The notes under the pieces were generated by a model. That model was not told the origin of the DNA and searched no databases. It saw only the letters and a list, made by a program, of their open reading frames with translations. A DNA stretch of 32,232 nt, taken from positions 1 to 32,232 of the forward strand of contig CALWXY010000062.1 of assembly GCA_944385595.1 (NCBI GenBank), read 5' to 3'. Positions 24,270 through 32,232 of the stretch are shown here, in pieces. How positions within the stretch are numbered: position 1 is the stretch's first letter; each line of letters begins with the position of its first letter. Both the position numbers and the translations under genes were made by a program. Source of the stretch: an uncultured Oscillospiraceae bacterium. Its GTDB lineage: Bacteria > Bacillota > Clostridia > Oscillospirales > Oscillospiraceae.

Positions 24270-25963
24270 TTCCCTATTTCGATGCCACAGGGATGGCACG
24301 GCGCAATCTTAAAGGAGCTCTCCGTCGCGGCGGACTCCCAGTAGCGGTAGCCGCCCGCGAGATTGTAGCAGTCGAAGCCGTGCTGCGCGAGTATGCAGCA
24401 GGCGATGTAGCTGCGCAGGCCGACCTGGCAGTTGAGATACACGGGCTTCGCCTTGTCCAGCTCGCCCATACGCTCACGCATGTTGTCGACGGGGATGTTC
24501 ACAGCGCCGGGGATAGCGCCGCGCGAGAACTCGCGCGGGGTGCGCACGTCGACTATCTGCACCTTTTCGCGGTCGAGCGCGGCCTCCTCATCCCAGTGGT
24601 ACTGCTTCACGCGGCCTGTGAGCACGTTCTCGGCGACATAGCCCACCATGTTGACCGGGTCCTTCGCCGAGGAGAAGGGCGGCGCATAGGCAAACTCAAG
24701 CTCGGTGAGGTCTATGGCCGTGAGGCCGAGCCTTATGGCCTCGGCTATCGTGTCGATGCGCTTGTCGACGCCGTCGAAGCCCACTATCTGCGCGCCGAGC
24801 ACCTTCCCGCTGCCGCGCTCGAAAATGAGCTTGAGCGTCATGTTGGTCGCGCCGGGGTAGTAGGTCGCGTGGTTCGGCGAGTAGGTCACGGCGTAGTCGT
24901 AGTCGAGCTGCGCGGCCTTGGCGGTTTTCTCACTGAGGCCGACGTGGGCGACGGTCATGTCAAACAGCTTCATCACAGCCGCGCCTATGGTGCCTTTGTA
25001 GCGGCTGTCGCCGCCGTTCATGTTGTCGGCGGCAATGCGGCCCTGCTTGTTCGCCGGGCCCGCGAGGGGGATGACGGCGGGCGCGCCGGTGATGGGGTTC
25101 ACTATCTCGACAGCGTCGCCCGCGGCGTAGACGTCCGGTGCGGAGGTCTCCATGCGGTCGTTCACGGCGATGGCGCCCTTGGAGGCGAGCTTTATGCCCG
25201 CTTTCGCGGCGAGGGCGGTGTCGGGCGTGACGCCTATGGCGAGCAGGACGAGGTCGGTGTCTATGCTGTCGCCGTTTTTGGTGACGACGCGGACGCCGTT
25301 TTCTATGGCCTCGTAGCGCTCGACAGGGGTGTTGCGCAGGAGATTTATGCCCTTGTAGCGCATGTAGCCGTGGACGAAGCTCGCCATGTCGAAGTCGAGG
25401 TTCGGCATGACGTGCTCGCTGCGCTGCAGGAGCGTGACGGCCAGTCCCGCCTCGGTGAGGCACTCTGCCATCTCGAGGCCGATGAAGCCGCCGCCTATGA
25501 TGACGGCCTTTTTCGCGCCCGTCTCTGCTATGAAATCCTTGATTTTGTAGGTGTCCTCTACGGAGCGGAGCGTGAAAATCCGCTCGCCGTCTATGCCCGG
25601 CACATCCGGCACAGTGGGCTTCGCGCCGGGCGAGAGCAGGAGCTTGTCGTAGCTCTCGGTGTACTCGCGCCCGGTCTCCGTCTCGCGGACGGCAACGGTC
25701 TTGTTCGCGGTGTCGATAGCGGTGACCTCGCTGTGGACGCGGACGTCGACATTGAAGCGGGCCTTGAAGCTCGCGGGGCTCTGGAGCGTGAGCGCGCTCT
25801 TCTCGGTGATATCGCCGCCTATGTAGTACGGCAGGCCGCAGTTGGCGTAGGACACGAAGCCGCCGCGCTCAAAGACTATGATCTCGGCGCTCTCGTTGAT
25901 TCTGCGGAGTCTGGCAGCGGCGGTTGCGCCTCCGGCGACGCCGCCGACAATTATAACTTTCAT
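24266..25963 (-). CDS. CoA-disulfide reductase / NADH-oxidase-class flavoprotein fused to a C-terminal rhodanese domain
   Basis: FAD fold MKVIIVGGVAGGATAA, redox Cys in SYANCGLPY, second dinucleotide fold VIIGGGFIGLE. Rhodanese active-site loop in YLNCQVGLRS. Confidence 0.85.
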   Translation of the reverse strand: MKVIIVGGVAGGATAAARLRRINESAEIIVFERGGFVSYANCGLPYYIGGDITEKSALTLQSPASFKARFNVDVRVHSEVTAIDTANKTVAVRETETGREYTESYDKLLLSPGAKPTVPDVPGIDGERIFTLRSVEDTYKIKDFIAETGAKKAVIIGGGFIGLEMAECLTEAGLAVTLLQRSEHVMPNLDFDMASFVHGYMRYKGINLLRNTPVERYEAIENGVRVVTKNGDSIDTDLVLLAIGVTPDTALAAKAGIKLASKGAIAVNDRMETSAPDVYAAGDAVEIVNPITGAPAVIPLAGPANKQGRIAADNMNGGDSRYKGTIGAAVMKLFDMTVAHVGLSEKTAKAAQLDYDYAVTYSPNHATYYPGATNMTLKLIFERGSGKVLGAQIVGFDGVDKRIDTIAEAIRLGLTAIDLTELEFAYAPPFSSAKDPVNMVGYVAENVLTGRVKQYHWDEEAALDREKVQIVDVRTPREFSRGAIPGAVNIPVDNMRERMGELDKAKPVYLNCQVGLRSYIACCILAQHGFDCYNLAGGYRYWESAATESSFKIAPCHPCGIEIGK

Positions 25964-25998
25964 AATGCATCTCCTTTCGGAATATCACATACAGCACC

Positions 25999-26027
25999 AT
26001 TATAATCCGCGCAGACAAAAGCCGCAA
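25999..26027 (-). promoter_or_regulatory. Promoter of the CoADR-GNAT pair
   Basis: Minus strand: TTGCGG (26027-26022), a 17-nt spacer, then TATAAT (26004-25999). AAAGGAG SD precedes the ATG. Confidence 0.5.
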
Positions 26028-26056
26028 GTACCGAAAAACGGATACCTGCGGCTTTT
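26017..26056 (-). terminator. Intrinsic terminator after the GT2 gene
   Basis: Minus strand: GCCGCAGGTATCCG-ttttt-CGGTACTTGCGGC followed by TTTTGT. Confidence 0.7.
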
Positions 26057-26060
26057 GCGC

Positions 26061-27317
26061 TCATGCGCCGACGACCTCGCTGACCGAGACGGCGGCGGTG
26101 TGCCGTATGGGCTTCCAGCCCTCGTCGCCGAACATGGCGGCGGCGGAGATGGGCACATAGGTGAGCATGAAGATGGGGAAGGTGAATATGTAAATCAGCT
26201 TCTTGGCCGCGGGGGCGTGGATCATCCTCCACTTGGAGAGGGTGATGAACGCGGCGACGGCCAGAGTGCCGAAGTAGCTTCCGGCGAAGGAGCCGAGCCA
26301 CATGATGAGCAGCGGCTTTAGCGGCGCGCCGAGCGCGAGACAGGCGAGCAGCCCCAGCGCGTAGACGGCGCAGCCCATGAGCGAGAGCGCCATGGCCGGG
26401 AAGTTCGACATGCAGAGGTCGTAGCAGGCGAAGTCGCCGCGCTTAAAGCCGTTCGCGGCCCTCGCGCCGTAGCGGGAGAAGACCTGCATGTAGCCGCGCA
26501 CCCAGCGGCGTCTCTGCCGCCAGGACTGCGCGAAGGAGACCGGCTGCTCGTCGTAGAAGACCGCGCTGTGGCAGTAGCCTATGTTCTCGCCCGCGAGCAC
26601 GCTGCTCACGGTGAACTCGGTGTCCTCGCTGATGAGGAAGAAGCGCCAGCCCCCGGCGCGCATGAGCGCCTCGCGTCCGACGAGGAAGCCCGTCCCGCCG
26701 ACGGAGCACTGAGTGCCGAGCAGCATGCGCGGGCGGTTGAGATACTCGGAGTCGTAGAGGAATCTCAGGGCGTTTCCGGCGGAGACCCAGCTGTCACCGT
26801 AGTTTTTGGAGTTGCGGCAGCCGGTGACTATCTGATACTCCGGCGAGAACACCCTGTTCATCTCGCTGATGAAGTTCGGGCTGAGCAGATTGTCCGCGTC
26901 GAAGACGAAGTAGCCGTCGAAGCTCTTGCCGTAGCGCTCGTGGATGTGCGAGAGCAGCCAGGCGAGGGCGTAGCCCTTGCCGACGCGCGCGGAGTCGAAG
27001 CGCTCGAACACCTCGGCGCCCGCCCTGCGCGCGGCAGAAGCGGTGTCGTCGGTGCAGTTGTCGGCGACGACGAAGGTCTGCACCAGCTCCGCCGGATAGT
27101 CCTGCGCCGCGATGCTCTCGATGAGCCTCGGCAGCACGGCCTCCTCGTTGCGCGCGGCTATGAGCACGGCGTAGCGCCTGCGGCCACCGCCGCCCTGCGG
27201 GGCGCGCGGCCTCACGAGAAACGGCACCACCGCGTAGGCGAACTGATAGGCGTAAAAGAAAAGAAACAGCAGTCCGAGAGCCTGTCCCGCGAATTTGAGC
27301 AGCTCCGTCGTTGCCAT
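26061..27317 (-). CDS. Membrane-embedded processive family-2 glycosyltransferase (PgaC/IcaA/NodC/cellulose-synthase-like)
   Basis: N-terminal TM segment, AARNEE...DNCTDDT, DADN, GGTGF, and the QxxRW-type motif in SWRQRRRWVRG. Several C-terminal TM segments. Confidence 0.85.
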   Translation of the reverse strand: MATTELLKFAGQALGLLFLFFYAYQFAYAVVPFLVRPRAPQGGGGRRRYAVLIAARNEEAVLPRLIESIAAQDYPAELVQTFVVADNCTDDTASAARRAGAEVFERFDSARVGKGYALAWLLSHIHERYGKSFDGYFVFDADNLLSPNFISEMNRVFSPEYQIVTGCRNSKNYGDSWVSAGNALRFLYDSEYLNRPRMLLGTQCSVGGTGFLVGREALMRAGGWRFFLISEDTEFTVSSVLAGENIGYCHSAVFYDEQPVSFAQSWRQRRRWVRGYMQVFSRYGARAANGFKRGDFACYDLCMSNFPAMALSLMGCAVYALGLLACLALGAPLKPLLIMWLGSFAGSYFGTLAVAAFITLSKWRMIHAPAAKKLIYIFTFPIFMLTYVPISAAAMFGDEGWKPIRHTAAVSVSEVVGA

Positions 27318-27393
27318 AAAAAATCCCTCCCGTTCTTGTGCTTGCAGGACAAGTGTAGCCCGAAGCGCGATTAAGAAACAAGGAGGGCAAAGA

Positions 27394-28470
27394 TTAAATT
27401 TTGTTTAAGCGCCTCAGCGCCGCCGCGGCGAAGAAGAACACCGCGGCCTGCATAAGCAGCGGAGAAAGCTCGCCGCGCAGATAGTGCGTCGCGGCAAGAA
27501 TGTCGCTCACCGGCGCGAGAGACGGCATGATGGCGGCGACGTCGAAGAGCACGGGGCAGAGAATCAGCATGGCCGCCGGCAGAAACGGCAGCGCGGCGGC
27601 GCTCCAGCCGCCCGGCAGATTGGTCAGCAAATCGCACAGCCCCGCGAGCGCGAGGCAGAGCGCCGCGAGCAGCCCCGGGCGCGAGCCCTCGCCGAGCGCG
27701 AGCAGCGACAGCTCCGCAATCGCGAACAGCAGCGCGAAGCGCACGGCGAGCACCGGCAGCATCAGCGCCGTCTCGCCGCGCAGAGCCGCGAGCGCGCGCC
27801 ACTGGGGCGAGCGGCGGCGAATCGCGAGCGCGTCGCCAAATGCGGCGGCAATCACCGTGAGCATCACGGCGGCGGCTGAGCGCAGCAGCGAGGAGGCGAG
27901 CACATCGCCCGTCCCGGCGGGGACGCTTCCGCTCCCGGAGGCGGGGACTATCTCAAGCCGCTCCCAGTCGTCGAGCGTCCAGCCGCCGTCGGGCGGCACG
28001 GCCCCGGCGCTCTCGAGATAGTCGGAGCCTATGTCCGGCGCGGCGAGCACCAGCATGGCGGAGGACACGGCCTCGCTCACGAGGCCGTGCACCGAGCTGC
28101 CGTCGCTGATGACGAGCGTGAAGAGGCGGCTGTAGCGCCGCGCGGCGCAGCGCTCGTCGAAGTCGTCGCGCAGAATATAGCCGCACTCCCACTGGCCGGA
28201 GGCGACGCTGCGGCGCAGCGTGTCCTCGTCGGCGGGTATGAATTCGATGACCCCGGCATTCTCGCGCAGCAGCTCAAGCAGCTCCCCGCCCCGCTCGCTG
28301 CCCTCCGGCACGCATATGCCCACCGGCACGGCGGGCTGGAGCAGATTCTCCGGCGCGGCGGCAGCCGCGAGCGCGAGGCAAACAGGCAGAGCGCAGAGGA
28401 AAAGCAGCGTTTTTTTCGAGCGGAACACGGCGCACAGCTCGCACAGCGCCATGCTCAGGAAAAATCTCAT
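27394..28470 (-). CDS. Polytopic membrane protein, ABC-2-type permease-like
   Basis: N-terminal TM segment, a ~150-aa extracytoplasmic segment, then 5-6 hydrophobic segments. Overlaps the upstream gene by 4 nt. Lies in an operon with an ABC ATPase. Confidence 0.5.
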   Translation of the reverse strand: MRFFLSMALCELCAVFRSKKTLLFLCALPVCLALAAAAAPENLLQPAVPVGICVPEGSERGGELLELLRENAGVIEFIPADEDTLRRSVASGQWECGYILRDDFDERCAARRYSRLFTLVISDGSSVHGLVSEAVSSAMLVLAAPDIGSDYLESAGAVPPDGGWTLDDWERLEIVPASGSGSVPAGTGDVLASSLLRSAAAVMLTVIAAAFGDALAIRRRSPQWRALAALRGETALMLPVLAVRFALLFAIAELSLLALGEGSRPGLLAALCLALAGLCDLLTNLPGGWSAAALPFLPAAMLILCPVLFDVAAIMPSLAPVSDILAATHYLRGELSPLLMQAAVFFFAAAALRRLNKI

Positions 28471-29603
28471 CCCCTCGCCTCCCTCACGAAGCCGCGCGCG
28501 CAGAGCACAGCGGCGGCGGCGCAGAGCGCGGCGCCCAAAGCAGCCACCTCCGCTCCCCCCTGCCCCAGCAGCGCGAGGCGCATCAGCGCAAGCGGCGAGT
28601 CGCTCACAAGTGCGGCAAACGCCTTAGGCATCAGCGCCGGCGGGATGATTCCGCCGGAGACAAACACCAGCGCGAGGCTGAGCGCGAAGCAGAGAGCGGC
28701 CATGGCGCTCTCGCCGCGGCAGACGGAGCCGAGCAGCGAGGCAAAGCCGCAGGCAAAGACGCCGCAGGCCATCGCCCCGAAGCTCACTCCCCCGCCGAAG
28801 GCGCAGCCCAGCGCCGCCGCGAGCGCGCAGCAGCACAAGAGCACCGGCAGCATAGCGCCGAGCGCCCACTGTGCGCCGGAGCACCCGGCGGAGACGAGCC
28901 GCGCTCTCCACTCGCCCTGCCCCGGTCTGAGCACCGGATGGTAGACGGCGGCGGACATCAGCAGCAGCCAGCACATGAGCGTCAGCGCGTAGTGCTGAGC
29001 TATGGGCAGCGCGCCCGTCGCGCTGAGGCGCTCCTCGGCGTACATGCCAGAGCGGGAGAGGGTGAATTTGATGTACTCGAGATTTATCTCCATGACGGCG
29101 TTCTCGCGCTCGATGCCTTGATTTGCCAGCTCGTCCAGCACGGCGTAGATGCCGCCCTGGGCGGCGGAGAGCATGTCCGCCGCGCACTGACCGGCGTAGA
29201 GTATGAGCATGCCCTCCAGCGGGCGGGCGGGGTCGGTGTAGAGCAAGGCCGGCTCGTTTTTGCCGCTGAGTATGCCGCCGACGAAGTCGTCCGGCAGCGC
29301 CAGCACGGCGGTGACGGAGCCGTTTTCCAGCGCGGACATGGCCTCAGTCTGCTCCAGCTCGATAAAGCTGCAATACTCCGAGATATCCGCCATGTTGGAG
29401 GCCACGCCCGTGAGCAGCTGCGCATCCTCGCCGCAGACGGCAATGACGAGCGGCTCGACGCCCTCGCGCTCGAGCAGGCTCTCCATGCCCGCGCCGAGCG
29501 GAAGCGCGAGCATACCAAAGGCGGCGGCTGTCGCCGCAAGCAGCAGCAGCCGCCGTCCAAGCCGGGCGCAATTAAGTTTTACAAGCTGCGCCGCGAGACG
29601 CAT
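28467..29603 (-). CDS. Polytopic membrane protein, ABC-2-type permease-like
   Basis: Same architecture as its neighbour. Starts 1 nt after the lipoprotein stop. Confidence 0.5.
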   Translation of the reverse strand: MRLAAQLVKLNCARLGRRLLLLAATAAAFGMLALPLGAGMESLLEREGVEPLVIAVCGEDAQLLTGVASNMADISEYCSFIELEQTEAMSALENGSVTAVLALPDDFVGGILSGKNEPALLYTDPARPLEGMLILYAGQCAADMLSAAQGGIYAVLDELANQGIERENAVMEINLEYIKFTLSRSGMYAEERLSATGALPIAQHYALTLMCWLLLMSAAVYHPVLRPGQGEWRARLVSAGCSGAQWALGAMLPVLLCCCALAAALGCAFGGGVSFGAMACGVFACGFASLLGSVCRGESAMAALCFALSLALVFVSGGIIPPALMPKAFAALVSDSPLALMRLALLGQGGAEVAALGAALCAAAAVLCARGFVREARG

Positions 29604-29604
29604 G

Positions 29605-31095
29605 TCAGCCCATCATGCGCGCCGCGAGCGCGGGCACTTCCTGCATAAGCTCCATGGCGATCCTCATGGCGTTGTTGTTGAGGGTCTGCTCGATTGCAAC
29701 GATGTCCTCATCGGTGAGGTCTTTCATATAGACGACGTCGGAGCTGTCGATCTCAACGGAGTCGACGGGGAAGATCTTGTACATGCCGTCGAGGCTGACG
29801 GAGAAGCCCATGGCGGAGACGGTGAGGTCGTCTATGACCATGTCCATGCCGTCCTCACTCGCGGCGAGGGTGCCGCTGGACGAGAAGTCGGCGGTCACGC
29901 CCTGAACCTCGAGGTAGCCGGTGACGGAGTAGGCGCCGCCGACCTCGTAAGAGGTCTCCCAGGCGAGCTCGCCCTGGCCGTTTATGTCGATGACGGTGCT
30001 GTCGGTGAACTTGCCGTCGGCGGGGACGTGGTTGCCCTCGGAGACGAGCTTCACATGGCCGAGCTCGCCGCCGCCGTCGGAGGCGGTGACGCTGAGCTCA
30101 AATCTGTCGGCCACATTCTTGCCGCAGCCGGTGTAGATGGCGATGTCGGTGTTGACACCGGCGACGACCACAAAGCCCTCGACGCCGCGGAGCAGGCCGT
30201 CGGACACATAGAAGGTGAGGTTCGCGGCCTCGGTGATGGAGGCGGCGAGCTGCTCCTCGAGGGTGGCGATGGTGTCGGCGACGAAGCTCTCATAGCTGTC
30301 GTAGCTGTCGGGCATGGCGGCGACATTGGCCTGCATGATGGTGGCTATGTAGTTGTCGTTCAGTGTGGCCTCGGTGACGTCGGAGATAAAGGCAATCATC
30401 GCCTCGGCGGGGACGTTTGCGGTGTAGGTCTCGCATTCCAGCGTGTCGCTTCCGCTGGTGAGGCTGGTCTTGTCGCCGGCGGCCCACTCGGAGGCGTCGG
30501 CCATGGTGTTGTACGCGGTGGTGAGGGCGGCCATGGTCTCATCGGAGAGGGAGAACTTGCCGTCGGCTCCGACATACTGCTCAACGAGGTCAAAGATGTT
30601 GTAGCCGTTGAGCGCCTCAAGTCCGGCTTCGGGGAAGTCCTCGGCCATGGTCTCGGTGTCTATGGCGTACACGGTGTCGCCGAGCAGCTCGGGACTGCTC
30701 AGACCGAGCAGGCTGTCGTCCAGGAAGACGCCCATGATTGCGAGCTGATAGTCGGCTATCTGGACGCCGATGTTGGCTGTGACCTGGCGTCCGGCGATGT
30801 CGGCCGCGCCGTCGAGCGTGAAGCCGCTGCCGTAGAAGCCGCTGATGTCGGTGCCGACGTTGGCGTCCTTGAGGTAGAGGCCCATGGTCTCTCCGTACTT
30901 GCCGGCGGCCAGCTCGGAGACGGCGTCGAAGCCGAGCTCTTTGTTCACATCGCCGAAGGCCTCGGCGGTGGCTATGGCCGCGTCCTTGACGGCGGTCTTG
31001 GGGTCTACCTCCTTGCTGCACCCCGCGAAGGCGAGCAGCATCGCAAGCGCCATGGCGAGAGCCAGGAGCCTGCGCATGGTTTTTGCTTTTGACAT
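29605..31095 (-). CDS. Large lipoprotein of unknown function
   Basis: Signal peptide plus lipobox MRRLLALAMALAMLLAFAGC. ATG 31095 lies 8 nt after GGAGG. I recognise no domain. Confidence 0.7.
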   Translation of the reverse strand: MSKAKTMRRLLALAMALAMLLAFAGCSKEVDPKTAVKDAAIATAEAFGDVNKELGFDAVSELAAGKYGETMGLYLKDANVGTDISGFYGSGFTLDGAADIAGRQVTANIGVQIADYQLAIMGVFLDDSLLGLSSPELLGDTVYAIDTETMAEDFPEAGLEALNGYNIFDLVEQYVGADGKFSLSDETMAALTTAYNTMADASEWAAGDKTSLTSGSDTLECETYTANVPAEAMIAFISDVTEATLNDNYIATIMQANVAAMPDSYDSYESFVADTIATLEEQLAASITEAANLTFYVSDGLLRGVEGFVVVAGVNTDIAIYTGCGKNVADRFELSVTASDGGGELGHVKLVSEGNHVPADGKFTDSTVIDINGQGELAWETSYEVGGAYSVTGYLEVQGVTADFSSSGTLAASEDGMDMVIDDLTVSAMGFSVSLDGMYKIFPVDSVEIDSSDVVYMKDLTDEDIVAIEQTLNNNAMRIAMELMQEVPALAARMMG

Positions 31096-31122
31096 GACAG
31101 TTTCCTCCAAATTTTTCATATT

Positions 31123-31788
31123 TTATCCCTTTCGGGAGTCTGACAGGAATTCCGCGGCCTCCCCGGCGGAGACCGCGCGGGTGCGCCCGGCGTCGATGAG
31201 GGCGACGGAGCGGCACAGCGCGTGCAGCTCGGCGGCGTCGTGCGTGCACCAGAGCACGGCCATGCCCTCGGCGAGGCGGCGGCGCAGCCAGTCTGCGAAG
31301 CTCTCGCGGAACTCGGCGTCGAGCGAGGCGAAGGCCTCGTCGGCGACGAGGTAGTCGGGCTTCGACTGTATGGCGAGGGCGATGCTCACCCGCTTGCGCT
31401 GCCCGCCGGATAGCTCGGATATGCGCCGCGGCATCAGCTCTGAGAGGCCGAGCAGCCCGTCGGCCTCCGGCAGCGCGGCGCCGACGGCGGCGCGCCACAG
31501 CTCCAGCTGCCGACTTACCGTAAGGAAATCGGCGAGGGCGTCGCTCTGCGGGATGTAGCCGAGCTTTATCGTGAGAAAGCACCTGTCACCTACTACGCTG
31601 CGCCCGTCGAGCAGCACCTTGCCGGAGTCGGCCTTGAGCTGCTGGGCGATGATTTTTATGAGCGTCGACTTGCCGGAGCCGTTTTTCCCCGCGAGGCCGA
31701 GGCAGATTCCCGGCTCGAGGACGGCGGACGCGCCTTTGAGCACGGCGGCGCCCCGGTATGCTTTAAAGATGTCTTTTGCCTCGAGCAC
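31123..31788 (-). CDS. ABC transporter ATP-binding protein
   Basis: Walker A GKNGSGKST, signature LSGGQRKR, Walker B LVADEAFASLD, H-loop THD. Start is GTG 31788 (6 nt after GAGGTG) or GTG 31797. Confidence 0.9.
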   Translation of the reverse strand: MLEAKDIFKAYRGAAVLKGASAVLEPGICLGLAGKNGSGKSTLIKIIAQQLKADSGKVLLDGRSVVGDRCFLTIKLGYIPQSDALADFLTVSRQLELWRAAVGAALPEADGLLGLSELMPRRISELSGGQRKRVSIALAIQSKPDYLVADEAFASLDAEFRESFADWLRRRLAEGMAVLWCTHDAAELHALCRSVALIDAGRTRAVSAGEAAEFLSDSRKG

Positions 31789-31874
31789 GGCTCTCACCTC
31801 GCGGCCATTATACTCCGCTTGTTAAAAAATTGCACCATCATTTTCAGAATTACTGCCTTTTTCAGCATTTTAAC

Positions 31875-31907
31875 GAAAAACGGGCGAACCGGCAGCGGTT
31901 CGCCCGT
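31875..31907 (-). terminator. Intrinsic terminator after the TrpB-like gene
   Basis: Minus strand: ACGGGCGAACCG-ctgc-CGGTTCGCCCGT followed by TTTTT. Confidence 0.8.
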
Positions 31908-31922
31908 CTCTGTTGTGTATTT

Positions 31923-32232
31923 TCAGTCCACCTTGGGGAGCTGGTCGAAGCTGGCCTGAAGCTCCGCGTCGCTGGGGATGTAGTCGGTCATCTGGCCGTC
32001 GTTGAAGCGCTGGTAGGCGACCATGTCGAAGTAGCCGGTGCCGGTGAGTCCGAAGAGGATGGTCTTCTCCTCGCCGGTCTCGCGGCAGCGTATGGCCTCG
32101 TCCATTGCGACCTTGATGGCGTGGCTGGACTCGGGCGCGGGCAGTATGCCCTCGATGCGCGCGAATTTGACTGCGGCGTCGAACACGGCGGTCTGCTCGA
32201 CGCTGACGGCCTCCATCAGCCCGTCGTGGTAG
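31923..32232 (-). CDS. TrpB-like PLP-dependent enzyme (tryptophan synthase beta, type 2-like); 3' fragment, with the 5' end outside the window
   Basis: The reading frame stays open to the window edge (YHDGLMEAVSVEQTAVFDAAVKFARIEGILPAPESSHAI...LTGTGYFD). Confidence 0.7.
   Translation of the reverse strand, partial: YHDGLMEAVSVEQTAVFDAAVKFARIEGILPAPESSHAIKVAMDEAIRCRETGEEKTILFGLTGTGYFDMVAYQRFNDGQMTDYIPSDAELQASFDQLPKVD

Overview
This window looks like a high-GC, Clostridia-like chromosome (taxonomy is inferred from gene content and Shine-Dalgarno style only). It splits into three parts.

(1) Positions 1-1277. This is an AT-rich regulatory island. It holds arrays of a 7-bp repeat, two back-to-back near-consensus sigma-A promoters with several candidate operator repeats, and a cI/LexA-type repressor gene (XRE HTH plus S24 self-cleaving peptidase).

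(2) Positions 1276-13445, minus strand. This is a tightly packed 12.2-kb cluster of 19 phage structural genes in PBSX-like order: small and large terminase, portal, protease/scaffold, decoration protein, major capsid, three neck proteins, sheath, tube, chaperone, a 144-aa protein in the tape-measure slot, LysM protein, hub, spike, gp25-like, baseplate J and XkdU-like.
- No integrase, replication, late-regulator, lysis or tail-fibre genes are visible in the window.
- The terminase end lies 158 bp from a divergent TetR gene, which is followed by ftsH.
- I consider this the most interesting object: a candidate domesticated head plus contractile-tail particle (PBSX/GTA-like), with an extremely short tape measure and no obvious receptor-binding protein.

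(3) Positions 13.5-32.2 kb. These are ordinary housekeeping and accessory genes:
- TetR and FtsH;
- a hairpin-rich convergent intergenic region with a duplicated terminator and an orphan terminated RNA candidate;
- DUF1292, a small secreted protein and PBP1A;
- the dgt-like/dnaG/rpoD operon;
- a translationally coupled CoA-disulfide-reductase-rhodanese fusion and GNAT pair;
- a five-gene operon (ABC ATPase, lipoprotein, two ABC-2-like permeases, processive GT2 synthase);
- the 3' end of a TrpB-like gene.

Three genes (dnaG and two phage genes) appear to need CTG start codons. The many long Arg/Ala/Gly-rich ORFs antisense to or out of frame with these genes are high-GC shadow ORFs. No tRNA, rRNA, CRISPR array or transposase was seen.
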